64,000 nucleotides of DNA from Gnetum montanum. Lineage: Eukaryota; Plantae; Gnetophyta. Location: positions 623,052 to 687,051 of the forward strand of contig MNCI01002041.1 of NCBI GenBank assembly GCA_015680685.1. Reading direction: 5' to 3'. Numbering within the stretch: the first letter of the stretch is position 1; the number at the start of each line of letters is the position of its first letter. Positions 12,717-25,700 of this stretch are shown here, piece after piece. Under the pieces are notes generated by a model that was not told where the DNA came from, made no database searches, and was given only the letters and a program-made list of their open reading frames with translations. Position numbers and translations under genes: made by a program.

Positions 12717-15700
12717 ATGACTTCTGCAACTACTTCTGCTAACACCTTCAACGTTGAGGTTCCCATCACGATTCAAGTCACCACTGGTGCCGAACAACTG
12801 CTGAACCCAATGCTGGAAACATGGTGATCCCTCAAGATCCAAAACCGGGGACCTGAGGGCTTGGCCCAGCAACATGAGCGGTATAATTTCCTTTGTGCAA
12901 AGGTTCAGGCAAACCTGCCTTTGGATGTACACGAATTCTAGGGCAAACATAGCTAGCGCATCACACACCAATCACGGCTACCCTACCACATATTCATGAT
13001 GTGCCTACTTCACAATCGCATGTAACTTCCGTGTTGATTCCTACATTCACATCTGTTCCACCCACTGCGGCAGGCCTAGGCCTGTCCACGTGGTGAACCC
13101 CATTCACTTCTTCGCCTATTCCACAATTGTCGTAGATGTCTCATTATGTTCGCCCTCAAACCTATCAAACCTCGCAAATGGTACAACCTAACATGGGGTT
13201 ATGGTCTATTCCGCTGGTGACATAAGCAGTCTATCCGGTGACTCAAATCGCAGTTGCTGCTCCAACAGCACCACTTGTCGGGTGGTGGACAGTGCAAGAA
13301 GCACCTTTCGCGGGGCCTACCTCGAAGGTATTGTCAATGGGTCACACCGCCACCCCTGCCATTCCATAGGTGGGGGCTGCCTCGGCAGTTCCCCAACCAC
13401 CTACACCATCGCAGGGTTTGGATCAAGTGTTCCAGCTTATCCAGACCCTTACTGAAGAAATTAAACGCCTCAAGGCTATCAGGTCTGACACGGTACAAGT
13501 NCGGACAGTGCAAGAAGCACCTTTCGCGGGGCCTACCTCGAAGGTATTACTCTTTGAGTCAGCAATGTGAGCCCCAAAGCAGTTGTTTGGTAAATTGACT
13601 CATAGGTGACTATGACTTCATAGTGCATCTCAAAGCTTGAATCACAGTGACCTTTTTACTTTTACATAGATACGTAGTTTAACCAATTGGGTTACACACG
13701 TTTTATCATGAATCCAATCTAAGCGGATGACACGTATTAACGTAGTGCGGCGTTGAAAGAGAAATTCTTAGACCAGTCTTTCTCCGGTCGCCTTAGGTAA
13801 ACGCACCCTACGAGGCGAACCCTTACATGTAAGGAACCTCCAACTGACTCACTTCTCCCTTCCTAAATGCACGGAATCCACTAACTGACTAAGCTAGAGA
13901 ACAGGAGACAAAAGGTCTTACTGCTTCACTGAGCTTCTTTTAGAACGGGTAAAGGAAGGAGCTTTCCCTCCTAAGTAATAGCTTTCCACCAAGCTTGTCA
14001 CTTTTAGAAAGGGGTAACTCGGGGACTCGTTCCCCGCTAAAGCGCCTCCTTATTTATTATATTATTTGATAATTTGGAAAATGCATTATTTGATAATTTG
14101 GAAAATGCATTTGATTTTATGAGATTATATGAGATTATATGAGATTATATGAGATTATATGAGATTATATGAGATATATATATAATAAATATTTTCGTAA
14201 CGAAAACCGTAGTACTTTTATAGGAAGGCCTATTCTAGGCGCAGGTGCTGTGATAAACACACAGTTCTTTCGAGCGCTAAAGTCAACCTACAACCCAAGC
14301 AGCTCCTTACCAATTACCAAGTCAAGTCTAAGACCGTATTTAGCGAGTGCTCTCGGGGGAACTCGGGGACTCGTTCCCCGCTAAAGCGCCTCAGCTATTT
14401 TATTATATAAGTATAAGTCAAGTACAAGTACAAGAAACAAAGATACTGGAAAAAGACAAAGTCCTAGGCTCCTCCCTTTATGGAGCTCTGTCCTAGGCTT
14501 CCTTGTCCTTAGGCTCCTGACGCCGGTTGTTTTCATAGGGGGAGGGGTACTTCCCTAGAACAAAGGGTCCGTAGTTTTTGAGCCCAGATATTCTGCTTTT
14601 TGTTTATTGGTGGCCCAATCCGGGTTTCAACGCATTTGCCCAATCTTTGGTCGAAGTCGGACAAACAACAACGTTTGTTGCCTTTTTTCAGGATTGAAAC
14701 ATGCTTTTGGGTAGGATTTGATGATGTTGGGGTTTTTTGGAGGGTACCTCACCCGGACATTCGCGTTCAACATTTGAGATGTTTTCATCTCGCTTTTTTA
14801 TGTATAGTATAGAACAATTGTGTATATCGAGTTTCGTTAAACTACATCTATCTCGATTAGACTAAATCACAAAATACTGAAGATTCCTTGGAAGAAACCT
14901 ATCTATGTTAGATATAGATTCCGCATAAACTGCCCATTCCGAGGGCAGTTCCCCAACCACCTACACCATCACAGGGTTTGGATCAAGTGTTCCAGCTTAT
15001 CCAGACCCTTACTGAAGAAATTAAACGCCTCAAGGCTATCAGGTCCGACACGGTACAAGTCATGGACTTTTACCAGGACAACCCCATCAGCCCTGCAATC
15101 CCTGCTTTGACGTTATCCCCAGGGATGTCTCTCCCACACTTCACGAAGTACGATGGAGAGGGGGATCCCAACGCACATCTAGTTACCTTTAGGCCTGAGT
15201 CTCTCTTGTTGCAATAAATATCGCACACAATTATTCGTGTCTTTGCCATGCCCCTAGCCAGGAGAGCCTTAGATTGGTATCGCGTGCTGCCATGCTCATC
15301 CATTTCAACTTTAGAGGAGCTTCTGACCTAGTTCGTGACACGCTTCAAGTACAACTTGATGCCAGAAATCACGTTCGACCAACTGATGAGCGTAAGGCAG
15401 AAGCCTTTGGAACCAATCCAGAAGTTCATCCAGCAATGGAGCGCGACCCTTAAAGAAATCCGCGAGTCCATCATGGAGGCCCACTTGCTGGCTTTCTTTA
15501 AGGGTGTAGTGAATGACTTTATCAAGTCTAAACTGTACAACCTCGCCCCTTGCATTCTTAGTCAAGCCTTTGCTTAGGCTAAGAGTATACAAGACGTGGC
15601 CGAGGCGAGCAAAGACAGGGCCTACATTGCTTACAAAAACACCTTCATAAAGAAGGATAAGGGTAAGGCCCCAATGACCACAGTGGCCGATGTGGCAACC

Positions 15701-17652
15701 GAGGCCAAGCCCAGACCTAGTAACAATGATAACAAGAATAATAAGAAACTGGCCGTACCCGTAGCTAACCCCATGCCTAAGAAGGGCAACATGTCACAAC
15801 CTCCAGTACCCGCACCTGAGACATCTGCGCAACCCAAACCAAACTTTGAGCGTAAAGATCGCTCAAAGTACACCCCACTCCCTCTCAAGCCTTTAGAACT
15901 TCTGAAGCAACTATTGGCAGCGGGGCACATTCAACACAAGTAGATGTCAGAAGACGCAAGAAGNTTGGGCAGGGCTAAGGAGGGGTTCCTAAGGAGCTCG
16001 TAGTAGCGTTGATGTCTCCTTCTTGCGTCTTCTGACATCTACTTGTGTTGAATGTGCCTCGCTGCCAATAGTTGCTTCAGAAGTTCTAAAGGCTTGAGAG
16101 GGAGTGGGGTGTACTTTGAGCGATCTTTACGCTCAAAGTTTGGTTTGGGTTGCGCAGATGTCTCAGGTGCGGGTACTGGAGGTTGTGACATGTTGCCCTT
16201 CTTAGGCATGGGGTTAGCTACGGGTACGGCCAGTTTCTNAACAGTGATCCTAGGCCACCCCAGCAGCCATTCGTGGTTCATGTGCCTCAGCGTAGTGCAC
16301 CAGCACCACGAACGGCTAATCAAAGCTTGTAACAACCGTTCATCCTGAGGGTCCCTCCACGGGCGTCCATCTCCACGCCACCTGTTAGTGAAACTGTGCT
16401 ACTTCGTCCGCTAACATCGTTAGCTCCTTTCATCATTAGGGGGTTGACTCCTTTGATAGCCCCCGTCCCACAAAAGATAGCTGAACAACCTTCTCGTCCT
16501 AAGAAATGAGAAGTGTGTTTTGCAAGTGATGCGTCAAAGGGGAATACCACCCAAGGCACTCCCAAGCCTACGTCTTTGCCCCGTACATCTGCACCCTCAT
16601 CACCAAAGATGAATGTCGCTATAACCACGCAATCCACGTCGCCTTACCAAAAAGGGTCTAAACACAGATCTGAAGTTGCCCCTCCTCGGGAAATTCATCT
16701 TCTGGGACAAATCGAAGTGGAGGAAAGCACCAAACAAGGGGGTGGCCAAGACCTTTTGGATGCCCTCACTTAGGTCAAGTAGGCTCTAAAACAGAAAAAT
16801 ACTACATTGAGCCTGTATGACCTGATCATGACGTCTGTCCCTCACCGTGAGGCTCTGATTCGCATGTTGACAATGATTCCTGTCAACGAAGACATGCCAG
16901 CGGAAGAGGAAGTGATCCACTCGGTCATGCTTCCCTCTACACCCGTAGAGCCTAAGCCATCCCAATTGAATTTTAGCGACGATGTCATTAGGGAAGATCC
17001 CAAAAGAGGTCAGGTGACGATAGCACCCCTTTTTATCACAATTCGGGTCAGCCAACACTAGATTCGAAGGGTACACATTTATGATGGGGCTTCCACGAAT
17101 GTCATCCCCTTCCCTATTGTGGACAAGCTGGGCTTGGTCGACTAGAACAAATCCACAACGACGTCGTGTCTAAGGTCGTTCAACGAGGCACGCGTCCTAG
17201 TGAAAGGCACAATCTACATAGACTTCGTAGCAGGGGACTAGTTCCCCATAAGCACAATGTTCATCATGGTCGAGGAAATGCCTAGGTTTAACTTGATCTT
17301 GGGGAGATCATGGTTAGCACAACTTAGGGCTGTCTCCTCACTCATACATCAGAAAATCCACCTACCATACGTGGGCAGGGAGGTGGTGATCCATGTTGAC
17401 GAAGTAGCAGCACAAGTTATCAGTAACATAGACACGGAGCAGGGTTCAGAGGTCGTAACCTCTGAGAATGAAACGCCTTCTCACGTGCACATTAACCACC
17501 CAGTGGGAGAATCAGTCCAGCAGGTTGGTCTCCAAAATGAAAGCACATGGGTTGAGTTTCCCTTCCAAGTGGGGGATAATGATGTGAATGAGGACCCTAG
17601 AAAAACACCTCAGCCTTACGTTCCACTCAACCCATGGTGGGTCAAGAAGTAG
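12717..17652 (+). pseudogene. gag-protease of Tat element 1, disrupted by stops, an insertion and assembly breaks
   Basis: Gag core LPHFTKYDGEGDPNAHL...ALDWY; protease IRRVHIYDGASTNVIP...FNLILGRSWL. Confidence 0.85.
13549..14943 (+). other. Foreign ~1.4-kb insertion in gag, resembling mitochondrial DNA with a group II intron 5' part (putative NUMT)
   Basis: Replaces ~51 bp of gag that is intact in the copy at 13280-13500. GTGCG intron-type start at 13745; domain-I-like ...GTAGTAC...GGAAGGC...AGGCGCAGGTGCTG; a duplicated ~33-bp repeat (~14015, ~14360); (GAGATTATAT)n. Confidence 0.55.
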
Positions 17653-17749
17653 CTACACATAGCGTAGCAACCCCACTGCTTTCTGCCCAGTTGCCATCCT
17701 TTGTACGTTCACCACTTTTTGCTTTGTTAACATACCATCCTTTTAGTAT

Positions 17750-18110
17750 GCTACGCAATGGCCTGAAATGGCCTAAAACTATGCTACGTAGAGGCCCGAA
17801 ATGGCCTAAAACTATGTTACGCAATGGCCCAAAATGGCCTAAAACTAGCAATGGCCCAAAATGGCCTAAAACTAGCAATGGCCCGAAATGGCCTAAAACT
17901 AGCAATGGCTCGAAACGGCCTAAAACTAGCAATAGCCCTAAATAGCTTAAAACTATGCTACGCTATGGCTCAAAATGGCCTAAAACTAGCATGAGTTACT
18001 AGTTAGCCATTGTTCAAGTTGTTAACGTATCATCTCTTTGGCATGTTACACAAAGGCCCGAAATGACCTAAAACTAGCAATGGCCTGAAATGGCCTAAAA
18101 CTAGCACATG
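17750..18110 (+). repeat. 27/36-bp tandem repeat GGCCCGAAATGGCCTAAAACTAGCAAT
   Basis: Directly visible tandem units; source of the spurious PKWPKT ORF. Confidence 0.9.
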
Positions 18111-18256
18111 AAAGCATGAACAATTTACTCGAAACATAACATGTATACAATGTACAAGGTAGCGTAGAACCAATTTCTATTTCACAAAATCCTCTTTGCT
18201 TTATTCAAAATTGTTATCTTTTAAATAATGTTTGCAAAATTTGTTACACAAAAATT

Positions 18257-21200
18257 TAAAATTCCAAAAATATCCCATCATTTCCTTTTGCATCGCCTTC
18301 CCCTGCATTGTCCTCTGCTGATTCTTCATTCCCTCCCTCTACGGGCCCTACTCCCTCATCTGGAGCCTACGTCGTAGGGGTAAAGCGATCAGCTAGGGCA
18401 ACAAACGCAAACTACAATAGAGCATAAGCATTAACATGGTAGAAAGCAACTAACCTGAAAAGGGCCTGCATCCGTCTCAAAGGGTATTCGGTCTAAACTG
18501 AGCCCGAGGTGACGCCAAACCTCCTCTGCCATGATGTCCACCCAACACCTGTTGCTTGGTTCAACGTCCACAACAGCTCTCTCCCTTTCGACAGTTGTCC
18601 ACCTTGGTTGTCCCAGAGAAAAGGATACACAAAGAGCATAGCAATTACGTTAGCATAGTAAGAGTAGCAAACTCGAGGAATTATAGCATAACAACATGAG
18701 AGAACCTAACACTACTACTTACCCATGCCAGAGTCTGCCTGCTGGAGGCGGTTGATCATGTCGTCAACGATTCCCTACACGAACGTAAACTTGTCAGGGA
18801 TCTTGGTCCACGACTCCGCACGAATCGGAGAGGGTTCTGCAACATCAGTAGTAGTGCCTGTTACATAACTAAACATATTAGCAATGGCTGAAATGGACTA
18901 AGATAAGGAAAACACATTGCCAAATTCACCAGCGTCTGATTGTGATCTCCCTTCTTGCTAATGCAAGATGATGGTGGTAACCTTGGCAGAGGTCCCTGCC
19001 AAGGCTATACGATCCTCTTCCTCATGCACTGGTGCCTTTCCTTTTAGGATAGCAACATATTTTTTATTCAAAGGAGGCTCCTCTTCGTTAGTAGGAGGAT
19101 TCTCCCTAATAACAAGAGCTTTCACCTTAGCCACAGGGGTTCTTCCCTCCTTGATTGGGGCCCTTTCTTCCGAGATTGGGGCCTCCGTGTCTTATTCATC
19201 GCCCTCATCTTAGGAGCTGACACCTCTTCGTCGCCTTCTTCTTCTTCTTCCTCTTCCTCTACCAGCAAAGAAACATGTTCGCATTAGTCCAAAATAAGTT
19301 AGCTCAAAGCAGGCACTACGCTACGCCACGCAGCATAGCATAACAAACAATAACAAAGTAAGCATTAGACAAAAGCATTTACCAATGGGGGGTTGCGTCC
19401 TCTGCAGTTTAAGCCGTAGTCTCCGCCCCTCCTCTTCCTCCATGTGAAGGGTTTCCTTAGCTGGAGGAGGTCTCTTCTGCTACAACTTTTTTGGCATAGT
19501 CTCGACTATGAGACGTTCCCCCCGCAACACGCTACCAGCTACAGTAGGGCATGTCTCTCCTATGTTATCTTGGCCACGAACATTGCGAGCCTCCCGATCC
19601 TTAGTCGTCATAGAGAATGACTCCCCACTTATTTCTGGGGGATGTTGGGCTCGAGTGGTCTGGAGGATTTGGCGAATCCACAGTCTAGAATTCTGGTTGC
19701 GATTTTGCATGACCTAGACTCCATTCTCGTAAACCACTAGGAACTCCGCGAAGTGCTTCAGACAAGCTATGTAGAAGGCATCATGTATGTTGGAACAGGA
19801 CTTCGATTTCTGACGGAGTTCCAAGATTTCAGCTTGCAAGCCTTTACATAGAAAGCTAGCCCAGTTGTAACGGGCCCCCTCTTTCATGACCTCATGCATT
19901 ATCCAGGCATGTTTAATCCCCAGGACCTTCCCCAAGGTAAGCAGTTGGGGAAACATACGAGCATGAAAGACAGGGTAGATCTCCTTAGCAGGCCCATCTT
20001 TAAGCTTCTCCATGGGGAGCCCTTTTCGCTCCTTGGCAATCCCCAACCACTTTTGAATATCCTTCTTCTGAAGGGTCATCTCCTTCTTGCCCTTCAATCC
20101 TATGAGGACGCCTTCGGTAGGGACACCGAACAGGTCTGCAAACAACTGGTCATTGATTTCAATGATCACCCGCACACCTTGTATGGGCGTATGGAAGCGG
20201 CCTGCCTTGTCAGAAAAGAATTTGACCAGGGAAACTATCTCGACGGTAGGAACGCTTGGATTCGGGGCCAGGAATAGATCCATAAGCCTAGCCTTTTGGA
20301 TTTTCTAGACCAAGGAGTTCGAAGCCATACGGTTTATCCAACGTTGGCTCGGTTCTACTTCATCGTATTTGAAGTAGATGTTTGCCCCCTGTGTCTCGGC
20401 GGTTACCACCGTGACCTCCTGGGGCTTCTTCGCCCCTACAATAGTTTCACAAAAACGTTTAGCATAAAAATGTAGAAAATACAAATATTGCAAAAGCACC
20501 TAAGCATGCGACACTTACTGCTTGGCCTACCGGGTCTGTACGGTAACAGGAATGGCAGAAGTTCAACCAGAACTTGTTCAACCGTGACCGGTTTGAAGGG
20601 TTCTGCCCACTCCTCATCCATCCAACTCTGCTGCTTGCACTGATCATAGGGAATAGAATATAGGCTTGGGTAGGTGTGGTATTCACCCCCGCATTGACCG
20701 ATAACACCCACCCGTAGGTTCTTAGCAGAAGAGAACTCCTGTAGGGCTATCTGTGCTATAGCCAGTACACCTGGTAGGTCGTGAACCCCATCCTTGTTGA
20801 TGAAGAACTTGGTAGCAAACGCATACTATTAGCATTAGGCCAATATGGCTAGTGTTGCACAACATAGTGAAACAAGGCTGCAAAACTCACCCGCCAGCAC
20901 AGGAGACAGTTCCTTGTGGGTTCTGGAAGCACGTCACCACATAACGCACTACAAATAATGTATTGTAACAGTGGTAGCAACTATACTTAGGCATCTCCTA
21001 GATCCAGGCCAAACACCTTAACCCATTGGGTGTTGACTGGATCCTTCTCCCTGCCTGCTCATGATTGTCCCATTGGCCAAAAACCTCAGAATGCCCTAAC
21101 TTGCCCCAGGCAAAATGGCTTCTGTTATGCCGGCTACCTCCTCCTCCTCTAGGGATGACCAAACAATCACAGTGAAGTGGTCGAGGAGGAATTGTAAGAA

Positions 21201-21998
21201 GTCTGGTGCCCCTTTCCTGAACCAGACCCCACTCTCCCATACGTATCTGGGGAGGAGGAGCATTGGCCATAGGTTTTCTCACATGACACAAGACCCCTCT
21301 AATTTTTAAAACAATTAGGATTGGCCTTAGCCCCATCCTACACAACACAACCAGCAAGTGTTAGCATCATGTCTAAGTGCAATACACACGCAACGTAGTA
21401 ACACCTAGCAGTTCATGCATATAGTGTAGCATAACCCTCTTCCTGCACATAGCGTAGCGAGAACATGAAAGCGCTAGCATAGTGAAAATAGCCTAGCGTA
21501 GTAATAGAGCAATTAACCCTAATAGGGTGATTAACAATACGCCCCGACAGAACATGTGTCGCACTATCACATCGCGCATGGCCCAACCCTCCTCAATGTC
21601 CTACGTCACGCCATTCGAAAGCCAAGTAACTTAAACTGCCTGAACCCCCACAATTATGACAACCATGGTGGTGGCGGTTTAAGTAACCTTACATGCAACG
21701 ATGGCGTAACGTTTATGCACTCGTCGCGGACAAAATAGCAATAGCGGCGATGCAAAGGCCAAAACAGCGCAATGACAAAAAATGCAGGTGGCTAAAACTA
21801 GGATACAAAACGAAAGCAAAAAACAAAGAAAAAAATGATAACATAATTGCGAAAAAACAGAGAAAGCATAATAACCTACCAGATCAATGGAGTGTCCTTC
21901 TGTGCCACGATGCGTGCTTGTGTCACATGCCCTAGGGTTTTCTTCACCTCCTCAACCTTTGCAAGGGCCAAATGCGTGTGTTCCTTCTTCAGAGCCAT
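18257..21998 (-). pseudogene. Antisense spliced extra gene of Tat element 1: FCP1/NIF (HAD)-like domain, plant-mobile-domain-like region, acidic low-complexity tail
   Basis: ATG at 21998. Phase-compatible GT-AG junctions at 21880/21337, 20531/20435, 19383/19258 and 18930/18857, plus donors at 18723 and 18455. NIF-like ILIVLKIRGVLCHV...DFLQFLLDHFTVIVWSS...VLVELLPFL; then IEINDQLFADLFGVPTEG...YNWASFL. AATAAA downstream (~18200). Confidence 0.7.
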
Positions 21999-22344
21999 AG
22001 TCTTGCTCACAGATTTCTTTTCCTCGTTGTTATGCAGAAAATCGCCTTGCTCGTTGTTAGCACAATCGCTCTGAGATTGCCTTGTGCTCCGAATATGGGC
22101 TTTGCACTCTTACGGTGAGAATGACAAGCTTACCAAGGTTTAATCCCGATTTATGGTCATAATGATAAAAAGGGGGAACTTGCCGCTCTCTCTCTTCGTT
22201 TAATGTAGAGTGCGCCGTACAATGTAGCATGCTCGCCACGACATCGTAGCACTATTAGCATTAAAACCTTGACACACTCCAAGCTAACTACTTGCTTTCC
22301 CAAAAAATGAAAAAAAACATATTTTCGATTATCCCGGTCTGGAA

Positions 22345-22512
22345 AGACGTTAAACTAGCAATCGTAGCATAGTTGTGCTCTTACCAGTCCGAAAAGACCT
22401 TAAACTAGCAAACCCTAGCACAGTTGCAACTTCAATGGTCCAGAAAGACCTTAAACTAGCATGTTTCGATCTATCATACGTTTGAAGTCCGCAATGATAC
22501 TAAACTAGCAAT
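22345..22512 (+). repeat. Four ~50-bp-spaced GTC...GAC-TAAACTAGCA units upstream of RT
   Basis: TAAACTAGCA at 22351, 22401, 22452 and 22501. Confidence 0.8.
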
Positions 22513-22756
22513 CTCACGTCTTCGCGTTGGCAGTTTTACATTTTCTCCTTAGCAGCATCACATTTTCACATCGACAGTTTTACATTTCCTATTTTAGCAG
22601 CTTTGCATCTCCATGCCATAATGGTCTACCATGAATTTAAATTGGCAAAATTTTAATCTTTACATCATACATCTCGTCATTGATTCGTAAGTTTTCGTTA
22701 TACACGATTGCTACCAATAGGTGCCTCTTAACTAGTCTTTCATCTCATTTTGACAG

Positions 22757-25700
22757 GTTAAGCAGAAAATGGAAATCCATCATGATCTCTCCACACCTTT
22801 AGCCCTAGTAGGTCCACATGGCAAGCTCGTGAGACAACTGAACCCAGACCTGATCGACTGGGGATCAACCACAGCTAACACCATAGCATCTTTAGAAGCA
22901 TCCCCAAACTGGCCCGAGCATCTAGTTCGAACCCTAGATTTGGAGGTCGGGGATGTAACTGAGGACCCTCTTGTTGAGATGCCTGTGACCACGTCCATAG
23001 GGGAAGTAAGAACATTAAAGCTTATATCCCTCCTAGATGCGCAAATGCACGAAAACATAGCCAAGATTCTGCAAAACAACGTCAAAGTCTTCGCATGGTC
23101 GTATAGCGACATGTCAAGTTTAGATTCGAGGCTAATACAGCACAACATCGTCCTAGACCCACGCGTGAAGGAAGTCAAGAAGAAGGCTTATAAAGTCAAG
23201 CTAGAAATTGCACTAGCCGTAAGGACGAAATCACCAAGCTATACCAAGCTGGTTTCATCCATGTAATTGATTATTCGGAGTGGGTGTCCAACATCATCAT
23301 AGTTTCTAAGAAAACGGGAGAAATACGAATTTGTATAGAGTTCTGAGAACTGAAAAAGACGACAATCAAAGAAGATTTCCTACTTCCAAGCATTGATCAA
23401 CTCATCGACACTACAGCTGGTCATGCTTTGTTGTCCTTCATGGATGGCTTTTCCAACTACAACCAAATTCACATCAATCCGAAGCATCAACTAGCAATAA
23501 CCTTCATGACCCCATGGGGTACCTTTTGTTACACCATGATGCCTTTTGGGCTCAAGAATGCTAGAGCAACCTACTAGTGAGCCATGACCTACATCTTCAA
23601 TGACTACATCCTAGAAACATTAAATGACTACGTGGATGATATAGCAGTCAAGTCCAAGCAGGCAGCTGATCACCCACGCAATCTAGGCGTAGTCCTTAAA
23701 TGTTTTCAAATGCATGATCTACGCCTTAATCCTAAGAAGTGTGTCTTCGGTGTGAAAATCAGATGCATGTTAGGGTTCGTAGTATCGAAGGTTAGAATAA
23801 AGGTGGACCCTAACAAAATCAAGGCCATCATCAACCTAGCACCTCCTACAAACCTTAAGGAGTTACGTGGCTTGCAAGGTAGGATACAGCTCATCTGAAG
23901 GTTTATAGCAAAGTTGATTGACAAGTTACACCCCATGCAACATCTTCTAAAGAAAGGGATTAACTTTGAGTGCACAACCCAATGTCAACGAGCCTTCGAT
24001 GACTTGAAGGAAGAGCTTTCACACCTCCCAACTGTGCATCCGCCACAAAGGAATAAGCCTTTCTTCATCTACCTTGCCATCTCCGACACATCTATCATAG
24101 CACTGCTATGCCAGAAACGAGACGACGGATCTGAGATACCAGTGTACTACCTGAGTCATGCATTAATCACGCATGAGGTGAAATACAACGAAGTAGAGAG
24201 GCATTGCCTTGCCTTAGTGTTTGCACTAAAAAAGTGGAGGCACTGTCTATTTCGTAGTGCAGTCAACATCATTTGCAAAAGCAACATACTTCGGGCTATC
24301 ACTAACAACTTGTATGAAAGCAAAAGGATAGCCTGATGGAAAGCAATAACCACGGAGTACAACCTACACTATGTAAGCCAATCGTCAACTAAGGGTCAAG
24401 CCATAGCAATGCAACTTACGGCCTCACCCATCAACGACCACATAACCATAGATCCTGAATTTCCAAACGAGCATGTTGGCACTATCAACATCATTCCATC
24501 GCACCTAGAAGCTACTCTACACTTCGATGGTGCCTCAACCACGCAAGGAGGTAGCGTAGGTGCCATCATTACGTTTCCCTCTGGGGATATGCACTCGTTT
24601 GCTTATTGTTTTGTGTTTTCCTGCACCAACAATGTGGCAAAGTATGAGGGACTATTCAAAGGCCTCTCAGTTGCCCAAGCACTATGCATACAACACTTGG
24701 AAATCCGCGGTGATTCACAACTAGTTGTGAATCAGATCACCGAGGTCTATGCCTGCAAAGCTACGCACCTACAACCCTATTGCCACTTAGCAAAAAGCAT
24801 GCTTAAGCAATTTGCAACCACAGATGTGCAACATGTGCCATGCAATGAGAACACCATGGCAGATGCCTTAGCCACCCTTACATTAAACATTCCACCACAC
24901 TCGTTCGCAAGTTTGCGGATTGTGATTGTCGAATGTACTGAGCCTATCACTCAGGCGGCACACGTGGCCTCTATCAATGCCACGGATACCTAGGAGTGGT
25001 ATGCTAACATTAAAGCCTACATGCAACATGGTGAACCCCCAAGTGGACTGACATCTGCTCAGAGAGATGCAATCTGAAAGTGTGCTCAGAAATATACACT
25101 CATGGGGAATGACGTCCTATGATGACGTTCTTACAATGGGATATTGCTGGCATGCATGGGTGGGGAGCAGGCATAGAAGGTAGTTAATGAAGTGCATGAG
25201 GGACTGTGCGGTGGACACATAGCACCCAGGGATATGGCTGTGAAAATCAGAAGCCTATGGTACTATTGGCCTCACTTGGAGCACGACTACTTGTCAAAAG
25301 TCAAGACATGTGACACGTGCTAGAGATATGCAAATCTCATACACGTCTCACCTATGGACCTGCACTCAATGCAAATCACGTGGCCTTTCCAACGATGGGG
25401 ACTAGACCTCATAGGACCTATCACGCCTAAGTCCTCCGCAGGGCATAGCTTCATTATCACCGCCACTGAGTATTTTACTAAGTGGGTGGAAGCCATTCCC
25501 CTAAGAAAAACAACATCTCAGCAAATCTGCAACTTGATCCTAGACACCATCATGACAAGGTTTAGGCTTCCAATGACTATTGTGATTGACAATGGGCCAC
25601 AGTTCAGTAGTATGGAAACCCGAACCTTCTGCAGCAACCTAGGCATCAGGCAATCATTCTCCTCCTCATATTACCCACAGGCGAATAGACAGGCAGAGGC

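Larger units (their letters stand above)
17524..22756 (+). other. Predicted Ogre-type intron between protease and RT
   Basis: Phase-0 donor CAG|GTTGGT in the protease frame; CTTAAC branch-like site, then TTTTGACAG|GTT acceptor in frame with the RT ORF at 22769. Confidence 0.6.

Noticed and set aside
13280-13548. Apparent tandem duplication in gag
   Set aside because: Joined at a single N (13501); probably a contig overlap or haplotype artefact.
14600-14812. Possible mitochondrial atp4 fragment (KQQRLL)
   Set aside because: Similarity limited to a few residues; the rest does not match.
15966-16238. Inverted duplicate of gag (KLAVPVANPMPKK... on the minus strand)
   Set aside because: Bounded by single N characters on both sides and nearly identical to ~15747-15964; most likely a mis-oriented contig, not a real inversion.
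17634-17945. PKWPKT-repeat ORFs on both strands
   Set aside because: Translation of the 27/36-bp tandem repeat.
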